A stretch of 64,000 nucleotides of DNA, from NCBI GenBank assembly GCA_963736635.1, contig CAVTPK010000011.1, positions 1,698,011 to 1,762,010 of the forward strand, read 5' to 3'. Shown one piece after another: positions 1 to 9,154 of this stretch (positions within the stretch are counted from its first letter, which is position 1; each line of letters begins with the position of its first letter). The position numbers were made by a program, and so were the translations under genes. This stretch comes from an uncultured Thermoleophilia bacterium (GTDB taxonomy: Bacteria; Actinomycetota; Thermoleophilia; Miltoncostaeales; Miltoncostaeaceae). Under the pieces are notes generated by a model that saw only the letters and a program-made list of their open reading frames with translations, was not told where the DNA came from and searched no databases.

Positions 1-97
1 TCGCACGACGCGAACCTCCAGCTCCGAATGTGTGAGGCCGCAATCATACGGCCGGCGCCCCGTCCCGCCCCACCCCTCCGCGCGTCACACTGCGCGC

Positions 98-523
98 ATG
101 GACGACGCCGATCTGCGGCGCCGCGTCGCGGCCGCGCGCGTGGCCCGCCTGGCGACCGTCGAGCCCGACGGCCGCCCCCACCTGGTTCCGATCTGCTTCG
201 CGGTCAACGGGGACACGCTCTACAGCGCCGTCAACGCCAAGCCCAAGCGCTCGCGCGACCTGCGGCGGCTGCGCAACGTCCGCGAGCGTCCGGTCGCCAC
301 GGTCCTGGTGGATCACTACGAGGAGGACTGGACCCGGCTCTGGTGGGCGCGCCTGCGGGGACCGGCGCGGGTCGTCGAGGCCGGCGGCGCCGAGGAGGCC
401 CGGGCGATCGCGCTCCTCGTCGACAAGTACCCCCAGTACCGGGAGGCCCGCCCGGCGGGTCCGGTCCTCGCCGTCACCCTCGAGGAGCGCCGGGGCTGGG
501 AGGTCTCGCCGCCCCTGCGGTAA
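98..523 (+). CDS. PPOX-class F420-dependent oxidoreductase (Rv0121-like)
   Basis: ARLATV..DGRPHLVPICFA, AVNAKPK, LRRLRN, VDHYEEDWTRLWW, KYPQY motifs. Confidence 0.85.
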   Translation: MDDADLRRRVAAARVARLATVEPDGRPHLVPICFAVNGDTLYSAVNAKPKRSRDLRRLRNVRERPVATVLVDHYEEDWTRLWWARLRGPARVVEAGGAEEARAIALLVDKYPQYREARPAGPVLAVTLEERRGWEVSPPLR

Positions 524-589
524 TGCCCCGAGGCGGGTTCAGGGGTCCGCCGGTTGCCGGGCGCCCGGCGCGGGAGCGATGCTCGGGCC

Positions 590-1057
590 ATGTCCGAAAA
601 GCCCGCCTCGGGGAAGCTCCCTCCCCGCTGGTTCATCCGCGCGTTCTGGGTCTGTCACCGGGCGCTGTACCGGGTCACCCGCGGCCGCATCGGCCTGCGC
701 GAGCCGCGCGAGCACCGCTGGGGCATGCTGCGGCTGCGGACCACCGGGCGCCGCTCGGGGGCCGAGCGCGCGGTGATCATCGCCTACCTGGAGGAGGGTC
801 CGAACCTGCTCCTGATGGCGATGAACGGCTGGGCCCAGCCGGGGCCGGCCTGGTGGCTCAACCTGCAGGCCCACCCGGACGCCATCGTCGAGCTGCCCGG
901 CGGGTCGGTGCGCCGGGTCACGGCCCGCGAGGCGGTCGGCGAGGAGCGCGCGCGCCTGTGGGAGCGGTGGAAGGACGTCGAGAAGGAGGACCTCGACGCC
1001 TACGCCACGCGCAGGACCCACACGCCCATGATCGTCCTGGAGCCCCGCGCGGACTAG
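590..1057 (+). CDS. Deazaflavin (F420H2)-dependent nitroreductase family protein (Ddn-like)
   Basis: LRTTGRRSG..R, NGW..PAWWLNL..HP, A.GEERARLW motifs. Confidence 0.85.
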   Translation: MSEKPASGKLPPRWFIRAFWVCHRALYRVTRGRIGLREPREHRWGMLRLRTTGRRSGAERAVIIAYLEEGPNLLLMAMNGWAQPGPAWWLNLQAHPDAIVELPGGSVRRVTAREAVGEERARLWERWKDVEKEDLDAYATRRTHTPMIVLEPRAD

Positions 1058-1087
1058 GGACGCGGCGCCATCGACGCCGCGCCAGCG

Positions 1088-1102
1088 ATAGGCCCGGCCT
1101 AT
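1088..1102. promoter_or_regulatory. LysR-type box ATAG-N7-CTAT upstream of methyltransferase
   Basis: ataggcccggcctat; same dyad at 2935-2949. Confidence 0.6.
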
Positions 1103-1205
1103 CGATGCGTCCGTCGTCGGTATTGGACGTCGCCGCGGCGGCGGGCCTACGGTGGACGAACGGGCGGCATGGCCGCGCCAGATCGGACGCGAGGGGGCAT
1201 CAGGA

Positions 1206-2027
1206 ATGGGGCACGCGAGCGGCGGCGTCGACTACTCCGAGATCCACCGGATCGACAGCCCGGCGAACCGGGCTCTCCGGAAGGACGTCTGGCTGCCGGG
1301 CGACGACCTCGGGCAGCAGTCGTTCGCCACCGTCCGCTACTTCGACGACCTGGTCGAGCGGCTCGGCATCGACGAGGGCACGCGCGTACTCGACCTCGGG
1401 AGCGGCACCGGCGGCCCCGCGATCTACATGGCGTCGATGAGCGGCTGTCACATGACCGGGCTCGAGGTCAACGAGGTCGGCATCGAGGTGGCTCATCGGC
1501 TGGTGCGGAACGCGGGGCTCGAGGACCGCGTCGCGTTCGTCCAGGCCGACGGGATGGCGATGCCCTTCGAGGACGAGTCGTTCGACGTCGTCATCAGCAT
1601 GAACGTGATGAACGTCTTCGAGGACAAGGTCGCCCTCTTCCGGGAGGTGCGTCGCGTGCTGCGTCCGGGGGGGACGTGGGCCTTCCTGTCGGGCACGTTC
1701 GCTTTCGACGAGGGCGACGACGACATCCGCGAGCGGATGGCGCGCGGCTACGCCATCCCCCAGTACACCGACACGCTCGCCGGCTACAAGGCGAAGCTGC
1801 GCGAGGCCGGCTTCGTCATCGACGAGGTCGTCGAGTACATCAGCGACTTCCGCGTCCAGATGGAGCGCTGGCGCACCGGCTGGATCACGCACCGGGACGC
1901 GATCGCCGAGGAGCAGGGCGCGGAGCAGACCGACCACCACATCGACTACTTCACCTGCTACCTCGAGATGATCGACGCCGGCAAGGCCTCGAATCACCTG
2001 GTCATCTCGACCCGGCCCCTCGTCTAG
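1206..2027 (+). CDS. Class I SAM-dependent methyltransferase (N-methyltransferase-like)
   Basis: VLDLGSGTGG motif I, AD..MPFEDESFD, LRPGG. Confidence 0.85.
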   Translation: MGHASGGVDYSEIHRIDSPANRALRKDVWLPGDDLGQQSFATVRYFDDLVERLGIDEGTRVLDLGSGTGGPAIYMASMSGCHMTGLEVNEVGIEVAHRLVRNAGLEDRVAFVQADGMAMPFEDESFDVVISMNVMNVFEDKVALFREVRRVLRPGGTWAFLSGTFAFDEGDDDIRERMARGYAIPQYTDTLAGYKAKLREAGFVIDEVVEYISDFRVQMERWRTGWITHRDAIAEEQGAEQTDHHIDYFTCYLEMIDAGKASNHLVISTRPLV

Positions 2028-2936
2028 ACCCAGCCCTCACGCCGGGACACGTCGCGGACGGCCTCGAGCAGCCGCTCGACGGCGGGTGGCGTCGTCCCGG
2101 CGGCCCAGGCGATGCTCAGCCCGATGCGCGCATCCTCGTCGACCACCGGCACGTGGACGACCCCGCCCCACGCGAGGCTCGCCATCGACGCCGGGCCGAC
2201 GAAGAGGTGGTCCTCATTCCGGGAGAGGTGCGCGAGCAGCGGTTCCCGGTTCTCGGGACTCGCCAGCTCGACCTCGGGCGGCCGGAAGCCGCGCCTCTCG
2301 CAGAGCCGGCCCACGAGGCGGTGGAATCCCGGGGCGAGCGATTCGGGAACGACGATCACCACGCGGTCCCGGAGGTCCTCGATTGCCAGGTGCCGGCCGC
2401 GCGGCGAGCGGGTGCCGCACGCTCATGAAGGCGGCAAGCGGCTCGCGTTGCACCAGCTCCTCGCGCAGTCCCCGCTCGCCGGCGAACTCCCGGACCAGGG
2501 CCACGTCCGCCTCGCCCAGGAGGACGGCCTCGATGGCGCGCGCGCTCCAGGCCTGATGGGCGACGACCTGCAGGTGCGGCGCGACCGCCGCGAGCTCGTC
2601 GAGGATCAGGGGGAGCGCCAGGTAGGCGACGCTCGCCGTGTAGGCGATGCGGAGCGTCGCGTCGGCGGCGTCGTGGGTGCGGCGCGCGCGATCACGGGCC
2701 CGTTCGAGGTCCGCCAGCAGCCGGCGAGCGTCCTCGTGCAGGCCGCGCCCGGCCTCGGTGAGCTCGACCGAACGGCTGGTTCGCCGCAGGAGCTCCACGC
2801 CGAGGTCGCGTTCCAGGTGGCGGATCTGGACGCTGAGGGCCGGCTGAGAGAGGTGCAGCCTCGCCGCGGCGCGGGTGAAGTTGAGATCCTCGGCGACCGC
2901 GACGAAGTAGCGAAGCTGCTTCAGCGTCACATCCAT
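2024..2936 (-). CDS. LysR family regulator (frameshift near 2395)
   Basis: LRYFVAVAEDLNFTRAAARLHLSQPALS HTH; C-terminus continues in ORF 2024..2362. Confidence 0.85.
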
Positions 2937-2949
2937 AGATCGACGCTAT
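2935..2949. promoter_or_regulatory. LysR autoregulatory box ATAG-N7-CTAT
   Basis: atagatcgacgctat overlapping the LysR start codon. Confidence 0.6.
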
Positions 2950-2991
2950 CAATCGCCCGTCAGACGGCGAGGGCGTCCGCGCCCGCCATTT

Positions 2992-3051
2992 GCAACTAAT
3001 GGTTGCGCGATCGTGCGACACCGGCTACGGTTATGCGCAACCAAATGTTGC
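2992..3051. promoter_or_regulatory. Two GCAAC-N5-GTTGC operators, probably bound by the ArsR protein
   Basis: gcaactaatggttgc 2992-3006 and gcaaccaaatgttgc 3037-3051 upstream of the SRPBCC-ArsR operon. Confidence 0.65.
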
Positions 3052-3062
3052 GGGAGGGTGTC

Positions 3063-3524
3063 GTGGAGTTCGGAACGATCGAGCGCGAGATCTACGTCGA
3101 GGCGGCTCCCGAGGTCGTCTTCGAGGTGGTGAGCAGCCCCGAGCACGTGCGGCGGTGGTGGCCCGACGAGGCGCGCTACGAGCCGGTGCCGGGATCGACC
3201 GGCGAGATCGTCTTCGGCGAGGGCGACGCCGACGCGACCGCGGTGCAGTTCACCGTCGTCGAGGCACGCCCGCCGCGGACCTTCTCGTTCCGCTGGACGC
3301 ACCCTGAGGGCGAGTCGGCGGCGGCGGGCAACTCGCTGCTCGTCACCTTCGAGCTGACGGCGTCCGGTGGCGGGACGCTGCTGAGGATGACCGAGAGCGG
3401 CTTCCGCGAGATGGGCTGGGAGACCGCCGTCCTCGAGCAGCAGTATCGGGAGCACGTCACCGGCTGGGACTTCTACCTGCCGCGCCTCATCTCGTACGTC
3501 GCGACGCTCGGGGTGCGGCCGTGA
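3063..3524 (+). CDS. SRPBCC/AHSA1 domain protein
   Basis: IEREIYVEAAPEVVF, PPRTFSFRW, GTLLRMTESGF, GW. Confidence 0.85.
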   Translation: MEFGTIEREIYVEAAPEVVFEVVSSPEHVRRWWPDEARYEPVPGSTGEIVFGEGDADATAVQFTVVEARPPRTFSFRWTHPEGESAAAGNSLLVTFELTASGGGTLLRMTESGFREMGWETAVLEQQYREHVTGWDFYLPRLISYVATLGVRP

Positions 3525-3871
3525 GCACCGCCGTGCGGGGCGGCATCGACGACGCGCTCTGGTCGGCGATCGGAGACCCGACTCGCCGGCGGATCGTCGA
3601 CCTGCTCCTCGCGGAGGGTGACGGCACCGCCACCAGTCTGAGCGAGCGGCTGCCGGTGACGCGGCAGGCGGTCGCCAAGCACCTGGGCGTCCTCGACCGG
3701 GTCCTCCTGGTGCGGGCGACGTCCGCGGGCCGGGAGCGGCGCTACCGGGTGGACGAGGGCCAGCTGGCCCGCGCGGTGGCGCAGCTGAACTCGGTCGGCA
3801 CCGCCTGGGACGCCCGCCTGCAGCGGATCAGGCGGATCGCCGAGGCGATCCAGCAGGACAGGGAGGACTGA
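3521..3871 (+). CDS. ArsR/SmtB family regulator
   Basis: AIGDPTRRRIV, TRQAVAKHLGVL, GRERRY; GTGA overlap with upstream gene. Confidence 0.9.
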   Translation: MSTAVRGGIDDALWSAIGDPTRRRIVDLLLAEGDGTATSLSERLPVTRQAVAKHLGVLDRVLLVRATSAGRERRYRVDEGQLARAVAQLNSVGTAWDARLQRIRRIAEAIQQDRED

Positions 3872-3946
3872 GCGGCACTCCGGGGCGTCCGCGCTTGGCT
3901 CGGGCCCCACTGAACGGCGATCCAGAACCGAGAAAGGACGGACACG

Positions 3947-4391
3947 ATGGCGGACATTCGGCACCGGGTCGGGGTGAGGACCCCCTCGCCGGACAAGGTG
4001 TACGAGGCGCTGACGACGGTCGACGGCCTTGCCGGCTGGTGGACCGACGACACGAGCGGGAGCGCGGAGGTCGGCGGCGTGCTGGCGTTTCGCTTCCCCG
4101 CCGGCGGCTTCGACATGGAGGTCGTCGAGACGGCGGCCGTCCGAGCGGGTGGCGTGGAGGGTCGTCGAGGGCCCGGAGGAGTGGCTGGGCACGACGATCG
4201 ACTGGCGGCTGCGCCAGGACGGCGATCTCACGATCGTGCTCTTCACGCACCGGGACTGGAGGGAGCCGGTCGAGTTCATGCATCACTGCAGCACCAAGTG
4301 GGCGACCTTCCTGATGAGCCTGAAGTCGCTGGTCGAGACCGGCACGGGGGCGCCCTCCCCGCGCGACGTGCACGTCGCGTTCCCGGACTGA
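3947..4391 (+). CDS. SRPBCC domain protein (frameshift near 4135)
   Basis: MADIRHRVG..VYEALTTVDGLAGWW, then GPEEWLGT..FMHHCSTKWATFL in a second frame. Confidence 0.8.
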
Positions 4392-4437
4392 ACGTCCGGC
4401 GGCGATGCGATCCCACGACGAGCGAGGGAGTCCGGAA

Positions 4438-4885
4438 ATGGCGGTCGATGTCGTCACCGAGATGGAGATCCGTCGCCCGCGAACGGACGTCGCGGCTTTC
4501 GCCTCCGACCCGGACAACGCGGTCGCCTGGTACGAGAGGATCGAGGCCGTCGAGTGGAGGACCCCCCGGCCTCTGGTGATCGGCTCGGAGGTCGCCTTCG
4601 TCGCGCGCTTTCTCGGTCGGCGTCTCGCGTACACCTACGAGGTGCGGGAGCTCGTCGCCGGCGAGCGGCTCGTGATGGCGACGTCCGAGGGGCCGTTCCC
4701 GATGGAGACGACGTACACCTGGGAGGACGCGCCCGGCGGCGGAACGCGGATGATCCTGCGCAACCGCGGTGAGCCATCGGGCTTCGCCCGGCTCTCCTCT
4801 CCGCTCGTGGCCGCGGCGATGCGGAGAGCGAACCGCACGGACCTCCGCCGGCTCAAGGAGATCCTCGAGCATCGGCCCGCCGGCG
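4438..4885 (+). CDS. SRPBCC/polyketide cyclase family protein; natural stop missing (frame open to 5031)
   Basis: DPDNAVAWY, ARFLGRRLAYTYEV, GPFPMETTYTW, AMRRANRTDLRRLKEILE. Confidence 0.8.
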
Positions 4886-4886
4886 A

Positions 4887-5225
4887 TCGCTCGAGCAGAA
4901 GAAGCAGTACCGGCGGTACACGGCCCGCATCGAGGCCCTGCCCGAGCCGTACGGCGCCGTCGCGCAGGCGCTGCAGCGGTACTTCATGTACTACGCGGGC
5001 GTCACGGACGGGGACACCGCCGTCACGATGATGAGCGACTTCGCCGACCTCTGGGAGCGCGCGGCCGCCGACGGGACACCGGTGCGCGCGATCGTCGGGG
5101 AGGACCCGGTCGAGTTCGCCGAGGCGTTCGCCCAGGCCTACACCGGCGCGCGGTGGATCGACAAGGAACGCGCCCGTCTGACCGCGGCGATCGAGGAGGC
5201 CGAGCGCGCACAGGAGGCCCGCTGA
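4887..5225 (+). pseudogene. DUF1048 family protein, 5'-truncated
   Basis: SLEQKKQYRRY.ARIEALPEPY..DLWERAAADGTPVRAIVGEDPVEFAE; no start codon before the conserved block. Confidence 0.65.
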
Positions 5226-5331
5226 CGGCGGTTCACACGGCGCCGGCGTCGGCGATCGTCACCCCGATCCGCGACCCGAGGCGTCCTCGGCACGACTCAC
5301 AACACCGGGACCGCCGATCTACGCTGTCGCC

Positions 5332-6231
5332 GTGATGGTCGATCTGGACAGCCGGCTGCTGCGGGCCTTCGTGGCGGTCGCCGACGAGCTCAGCTTCACC
5401 CGCGCCGCGGAGGGGCTCCACCTGACCCAGCAGGCGCTGTCCAATCAGGTGCGTCAGCTCGAGGCGCGGATCGGCGCGCCGCTGTTCGAGCGCACCACCC
5501 GGCGGGTGGCCCTGACCGCCGCGGGCCGGGCGCTGCTGCCGCACGCGCGGGACGCGCTCGCGGCCATGCGCGAGGGGGCCGAGGCGGCCCGGCGCGCGTC
5601 CGGCGACGGCGACGTCCTGGCCGTGGCCGTGTTCCCGCTCGCCAGCACCGAGCTCGGCGGCCGCATCCTGCGGCGCTTCGCGGCCGAGCACCCGCAGACG
5701 GCGCTCGAGGTCGGCACGCTCGGCATGCCGGACGCCGTCGCGGCGCTGCGCGAGGCCCGGGCGCACGTGGCGTTCGTCCGGCCCCCCTTCGCCTCGGACG
5801 GGATCTCGATGGTCACGATCCTCACCGAGCCGCGGGTCGCCGCGGTGGCGGCCGACCACCCGCTGGCGTCGGGTGACAGCGTCGACCCGGCCGCCCTCGC
5901 CCGCGAGCCGCAGGTCTTCGTCGAGGGCGCCGACGCCGTCCAGGCCGACTACTGGTGCCTGGCCGAGCACCGGGGCGACGCCCCGCTCGTCATCGGGGCG
6001 CGGATGACCGGATTCGACTCGTTCTTCGAGGTGGTGTCGGCGGGACTCGCCGTGGGTGCGTGTCCGGCGTCCGCGGCACAGACGCTCGGGCCCTCCTTCC
6101 CGGGGGTGCGCTTCCTGCCGATCGACGGGGTCGCGCCCTGCACGGTCGCCGTGGCGTGGCCGACCGCGGGCGAGACGCCGGCGACGCGCGCCTTCGTCGG
6201 CACGGCGCTCGCGGAGGCGGCCGGGAACTGA
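5332..6231 (+). CDS. LysR family regulator
   Basis: LRAFVAVADELSFTRAAEGLHLTQQALS HTH, 299 aa. Confidence 0.9.
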   Translation: MMVDLDSRLLRAFVAVADELSFTRAAEGLHLTQQALSNQVRQLEARIGAPLFERTTRRVALTAAGRALLPHARDALAAMREGAEAARRASGDGDVLAVAVFPLASTELGGRILRRFAAEHPQTALEVGTLGMPDAVAALREARAHVAFVRPPFASDGISMVTILTEPRVAAVAADHPLASGDSVDPAALAREPQVFVEGADAVQADYWCLAEHRGDAPLVIGARMTGFDSFFEVVSAGLAVGACPASAAQTLGPSFPGVRFLPIDGVAPCTVAVAWPTAGETPATRAFVGTALAEAAGN

Positions 6232-6335
6232 CAACCGCCCGGCGTGAATCCTCGCCGGATCCGTGTTTCCCCTCCGCGCCGCCGCCGGGGATCGTGGCCA
6301 TGCACCACGCACCCACGACTCCAACGGAGGCCGAC

Positions 6336-6812
6336 ATGACCACCACCACCCGCATCGAGCCCGAGTCCTTCGCCGGCAACACGTTCACCTGGCGGGTCGA
6401 GACCGACGACGTCGCGGTCGCCGACGTCATCGCCCGCCCCGGCGGCGAGCCGGCGCTGCACGTTCACGAGCGCGAGGACGAGACCTACGTCGTCCTGGAG
6501 GGCGAGCTGACCTTCCAGCGCGGCGCCGAGCGCCTCGACGCCGGCGTCGGCGACGTCGTCTTCCTGCCCCGTGGCGTGGAGCACGGCTTCGCCCTGCGGT
6601 CGCCGCAGGCGAGGCTGCTGGTCGTCTGCACCCCCGGCTCGGGTGGGCTCGCGGCCGCCTTCCACGCGCTCTCGCAGCCCGCGGCGACGGCGGTGCCGCC
6701 GGCCGGGCCGCCGAGCGCCGAGGAGATCAACGCCTGGGAGGTCACCTTCGGCGCGGTGGGCGTCACCTTCACCGGCCCGCCGCTGCCCGTCCTGCTCGCC
6801 GCCGGGCGGTAG
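6336..6812 (+). CDS. Cupin domain protein (quercetin dioxygenase-like)
   Basis: PALHVHEREDETYVVLEG, GDVVFLPRGVEHGF; RBS ggagg. Confidence 0.85.
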   Translation: MTTTTRIEPESFAGNTFTWRVETDDVAVADVIARPGGEPALHVHEREDETYVVLEGELTFQRGAERLDAGVGDVVFLPRGVEHGFALRSPQARLLVVCTPGSGGLAAAFHALSQPAATAVPPAGPPSAEEINAWEVTFGAVGVTFTGPPLPVLLAAGR

Positions 6813-6838
6813 TCGTACGATCGCCGGGCAGGGCGGGA

Positions 6839-6865
6839 CGATGAGTTCTCGTCTCGCGGTCGGTC
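6839..6865 (+). promoter_or_regulatory. ECF sigma (SigG-like) promoter CGATGA-N18-GTC
   Basis: cgatgagttctcgtctcgcggtcggtc; same spacing at 57430-57456. Confidence 0.5.
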
Positions 6866-6956
6866 ATCAACGGCGAAGCACACCGCAAACGAAGGAGAGC
6901 CCGATGTCGATCCTCAGGGTGGACCTCGCCACCGTCCCGCCCGACCACCTCGCGCC

Positions 6957-7520
6957 ATGCTGATCTTCTCGATGAGCGTCTCGGTGGACGGCTTCATCAA
7001 CGACCGCGAGGGCGCGTTCGCGTGGGGGTTCCCGAGCGACGAGCTGTTCCGCTTCCACACCGCGTCCGTGGGCGAGCTCGGGGCCTACCTGTGCGGCCGC
7101 AGGCTCTACGAGACGATGCTGGTGTGGGAGACGGATCCGTCGATGCGTGACGACGAGCTCGGGGCCGCGTTCGCCGACCTCTGGTGCGCGCTCCCGAAGG
7201 TCGTCTTCAGCCGCACGCTCGACGGCGTCCAGGGCAACGCCCGGCTCGCCGAGGGGTCGGTGGCCGAGGAGGCGGCCGCGGCGCTCGCCGCGACCGACAG
7301 GGATGTCGCGATCGGCGGCGCCGGCCTGGCGGCGGAGGCCGTCGCGCTCGGCCTGGTTGACGAGCTGCGCATGTTCCGCTACCCGGTCGTCGTCGGCGGC
7401 GGCACGCCGTTCCTGCCGCCGGTCACCGAGGACGTAGCGCTGGACCTGATCGAGACGAGGGCCTTCGGCGCGCGCGTGATCTACGAGCGCTACCGACACG
7501 TCCGCGATGACGCGAGCTGA
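6957..7520 (+). CDS. Dihydrofolate reductase family (RibD C-terminal) protein
   Basis: SVSVDGFI, GRRLYE, KVVFSRTL, GGAGLA, GLVDEL, PVVVGGG. Confidence 0.85.
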   Translation: MLIFSMSVSVDGFINDREGAFAWGFPSDELFRFHTASVGELGAYLCGRRLYETMLVWETDPSMRDDELGAAFADLWCALPKVVFSRTLDGVQGNARLAEGSVAEEAAAALAATDRDVAIGGAGLAAEAVALGLVDELRMFRYPVVVGGGTPFLPPVTEDVALDLIETRAFGARVIYERYRHVRDDAS

Positions 7521-7529
7521 GACCTCGAA

Positions 7530-7569
7530 TGGCGCGCCCAGACAAAGTGGGATCGAGGTTGGACCTGAA
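7530..7569 (-). repeat. Degenerate tRNA-3'-like/att-like repeat, copy 1
   Basis: minus strand ttcaggtccaacctcgatccc-acttt-gtctgggcgcgcca; first part resembles copy 2. Confidence 0.4.
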
Positions 7570-7713
7570 GCCCGGGACCGGGATCGGCGTGGAACCCGCC
7601 TGAGCATCACCGAGGAGGTCCTGGGCTCGCTTGCGGTTCCAACCCGGTCGGGGTGATCCAAGCCTCAACGCGCAACCGGCGAGAACATCAACACCGAGCT
7701 CACGCTCATTCGC

Positions 7714-7754
7714 CCTGCGAGACACCTCACCCGGACGGTGAGGTGTCTCGCAGG
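7714..7754. repeat. Perfect 18-bp inverted repeat (REP-like)
   Basis: cctgcgagacacctcacc-cggac-ggtgaggtgtctcgcagg. Confidence 0.8.
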
Positions 7755-7818
7755 CGAGGATCCGCGAGCCCTATGGTCCCCGGGACCAGCCCAAGCAGGT
7801 CCACGTTCAGGAGGCCGA

Positions 7819-8082
7819 ATGCCCACCGTGATCGCCACCCACGAGGTCAAGGACACCGCACACTGGCTTGCTTCGCCCCGCCGCGCGGAGATCTTCGCCA
7901 CGATCGGGGTGACGAACATCCGCACGTTCGTCAATCCTCAGAACCGCAACAGCGTCGGCCTGATCATGGACGTCCCGGACATGGACGCCATGATGGCCAT
8001 GCTGCAGTCGGACGAGGGCAAGGCCGCGGAGGAGTACGACGGCGTCCTCGCCGAGACCATCGTGATCTTCATCGAGGAGTAG
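7819..8082 (+). CDS. Small hypothetical protein (ABM/dimeric alpha-beta barrel-like)
   Basis: RBS aggagg; GC3-rich codons; HEVKD..HW..SP.R. Confidence 0.7.
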   Translation: MPTVIATHEVKDTAHWLASPRRAEIFATIGVTNIRTFVNPQNRNSVGLIMDVPDMDAMMAMLQSDEGKAAEEYDGVLAETIVIFIEE

Positions 8083-8097
8083 GCCTGGCCGCGCCTT

Positions 8098-8129
8098 CCG
8101 AGGAGGGACGCACCGAGCGCCCTCCTCGG
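8098..8129. terminator. Hairpin next to repeat copy 2
   Basis: ccgaggaggg / ccctcctcgg arms. Confidence 0.6.
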
Positions 8130-8136
8130 GGGTCAG

Positions 8137-8156
8137 GGGCCTGGCGGGATTGAAGT
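8137..8156 (-). repeat. tRNA-3'-like/att-like repeat, copy 2
   Basis: gggcctggcgggattgaagt, identical 20-mer at 9679-9698. Confidence 0.75.
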
Positions 8157-8276
8157 CGACCTGAACCTGCGGGGACGCCGACGGGTCATGGCGGGATGAG
8201 CGAGCCGCACTCGTCGGGTGTGTGGCGATGACGTGCGGCCGGGAACGAACAGGGCCTCCGACCCGCCACGGCCGAG

Positions 8277-8315
8277 AGCGGCGGGAGCCTCCATCGTCGC
8301 GAGGCTCCCGCCGCT
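8277..8315 (-). terminator. 15-bp stem hairpin downstream of gene 8325..8612
   Basis: agcggcgggagcctc / gaggctcccgccgct. Confidence 0.6.
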
Positions 8316-8324
8316 GGCCATCGG

Positions 8325-8612
8325 CTAGGCGCTGACCTGGTTGGAGACCTCGAACACCGTCTCCACGGGCGACGACGTGAAGCCGCCGTCGATGCCGGCG
8401 GCCATCCGGGGCATCAGTACCCCGTCCCGGAAGCGCTCCCAGCTCTCCTTGGAGTCGTGGATCGCGACGATCGTCCAGCCCCCCTCGGAGGGCCCGGCCG
8501 CGTGGAACACCTGACCCTCCGGGAGGCCGCCGCTCGGGTGCACGGCCCCGATCGACGCCTCGTACTGCTCCTTCGTGCCACCCGCGAACTGATGCACGAC
8601 GCCGTATGCCAT
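8325..8612 (-). CDS. Small hypothetical protein (ABM-like)
   Basis: RBS gaggagga; GGTKEQYE..LPEGQVFHAAGP..SWERF. Confidence 0.75.
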   Translation of the reverse strand: MAYGVVHQFAGGTKEQYEASIGAVHPSGGLPEGQVFHAAGPSEGGWTIVAIHDSKESWERFRDGVLMPRMAAGIDGGFTSSPVETVFEVSNQVSA

Positions 8613-8679
8613 GTCGTCCTCCTCCTCGCCGATCGGGTGCGCTCCTCGCGCTTGGTAAGACCCTCGTCCGCCCGTGGGC

Positions 8680-9063
8680 CTACTCGGGCTGGAAGAGGGC
8701 CAGGGTGTTGCCGTCCGGGTCCTTGAACCAGGCGGACGAGCCGATCCCGGGGGTCGTCGCGATGCCTTCGACGGTCTTCAGGGTGGGGAAGTCGTATTCC
8801 TCGAACACCACTCCGCGCGCGGCCAGCGCCGCCGCGTCGGCCTGGATGTCGTGCGACCAGAACCGCACCTGGGTGTGGTCGGCCACCGAGGGGGACGGCC
8901 GGCCGTAGACGAGCAGCGTGCTGCCGTCACCGCACTCGAACAGCAGGTGGTTCGTGATCGTCTCGGGAGAGAGGGTCAGGCCGACGGCGTTCTCGTAGAA
9001 GGCCCGGCTTCGCTCCAGATCCGTTGAGCAGATGACCGCCGATGCCCTGTCCATGCTCGCCAT
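8680..9063 (-). CDS. VOC/glyoxalase family protein
   Basis: DLERSRAFYE, RGVVFEEYD, AWFKDPDGNTL. Confidence 0.9.
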   Translation of the reverse strand: MASMDRASAVICSTDLERSRAFYENAVGLTLSPETITNHLLFECGDGSTLLVYGRPSPSVADHTQVRFWSHDIQADAAALAARGVVFEEYDFPTLKTVEGIATTPGIGSSAWFKDPDGNTLALFQPE

Positions 9064-9090
9064 CGATGCCTCCGTCCTCGGGTCAACTAC

Positions 9091-9131
9091 TTGTCATGCC
9101 AACTTATATGCGCCGATCTTTGGCATGTCAA
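9091..9131. promoter_or_regulatory. Two MarR-type operators TTGnCATGnCAA
   Basis: ttgtcatgccaa 9091-9102 and ttggcatgtcaa 9120-9131 between divergent VOC and MarR genes. Confidence 0.6.
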
Positions 9132-9154
9132 CAGTTTTCTCGTAGGCTACGGAC

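Noticed and set aside
534-550. gggttcaggggtcc resembling the repeat's upstream tract
   Set aside because: Opposite strand and no AATCCC core or tRNA-like tail.
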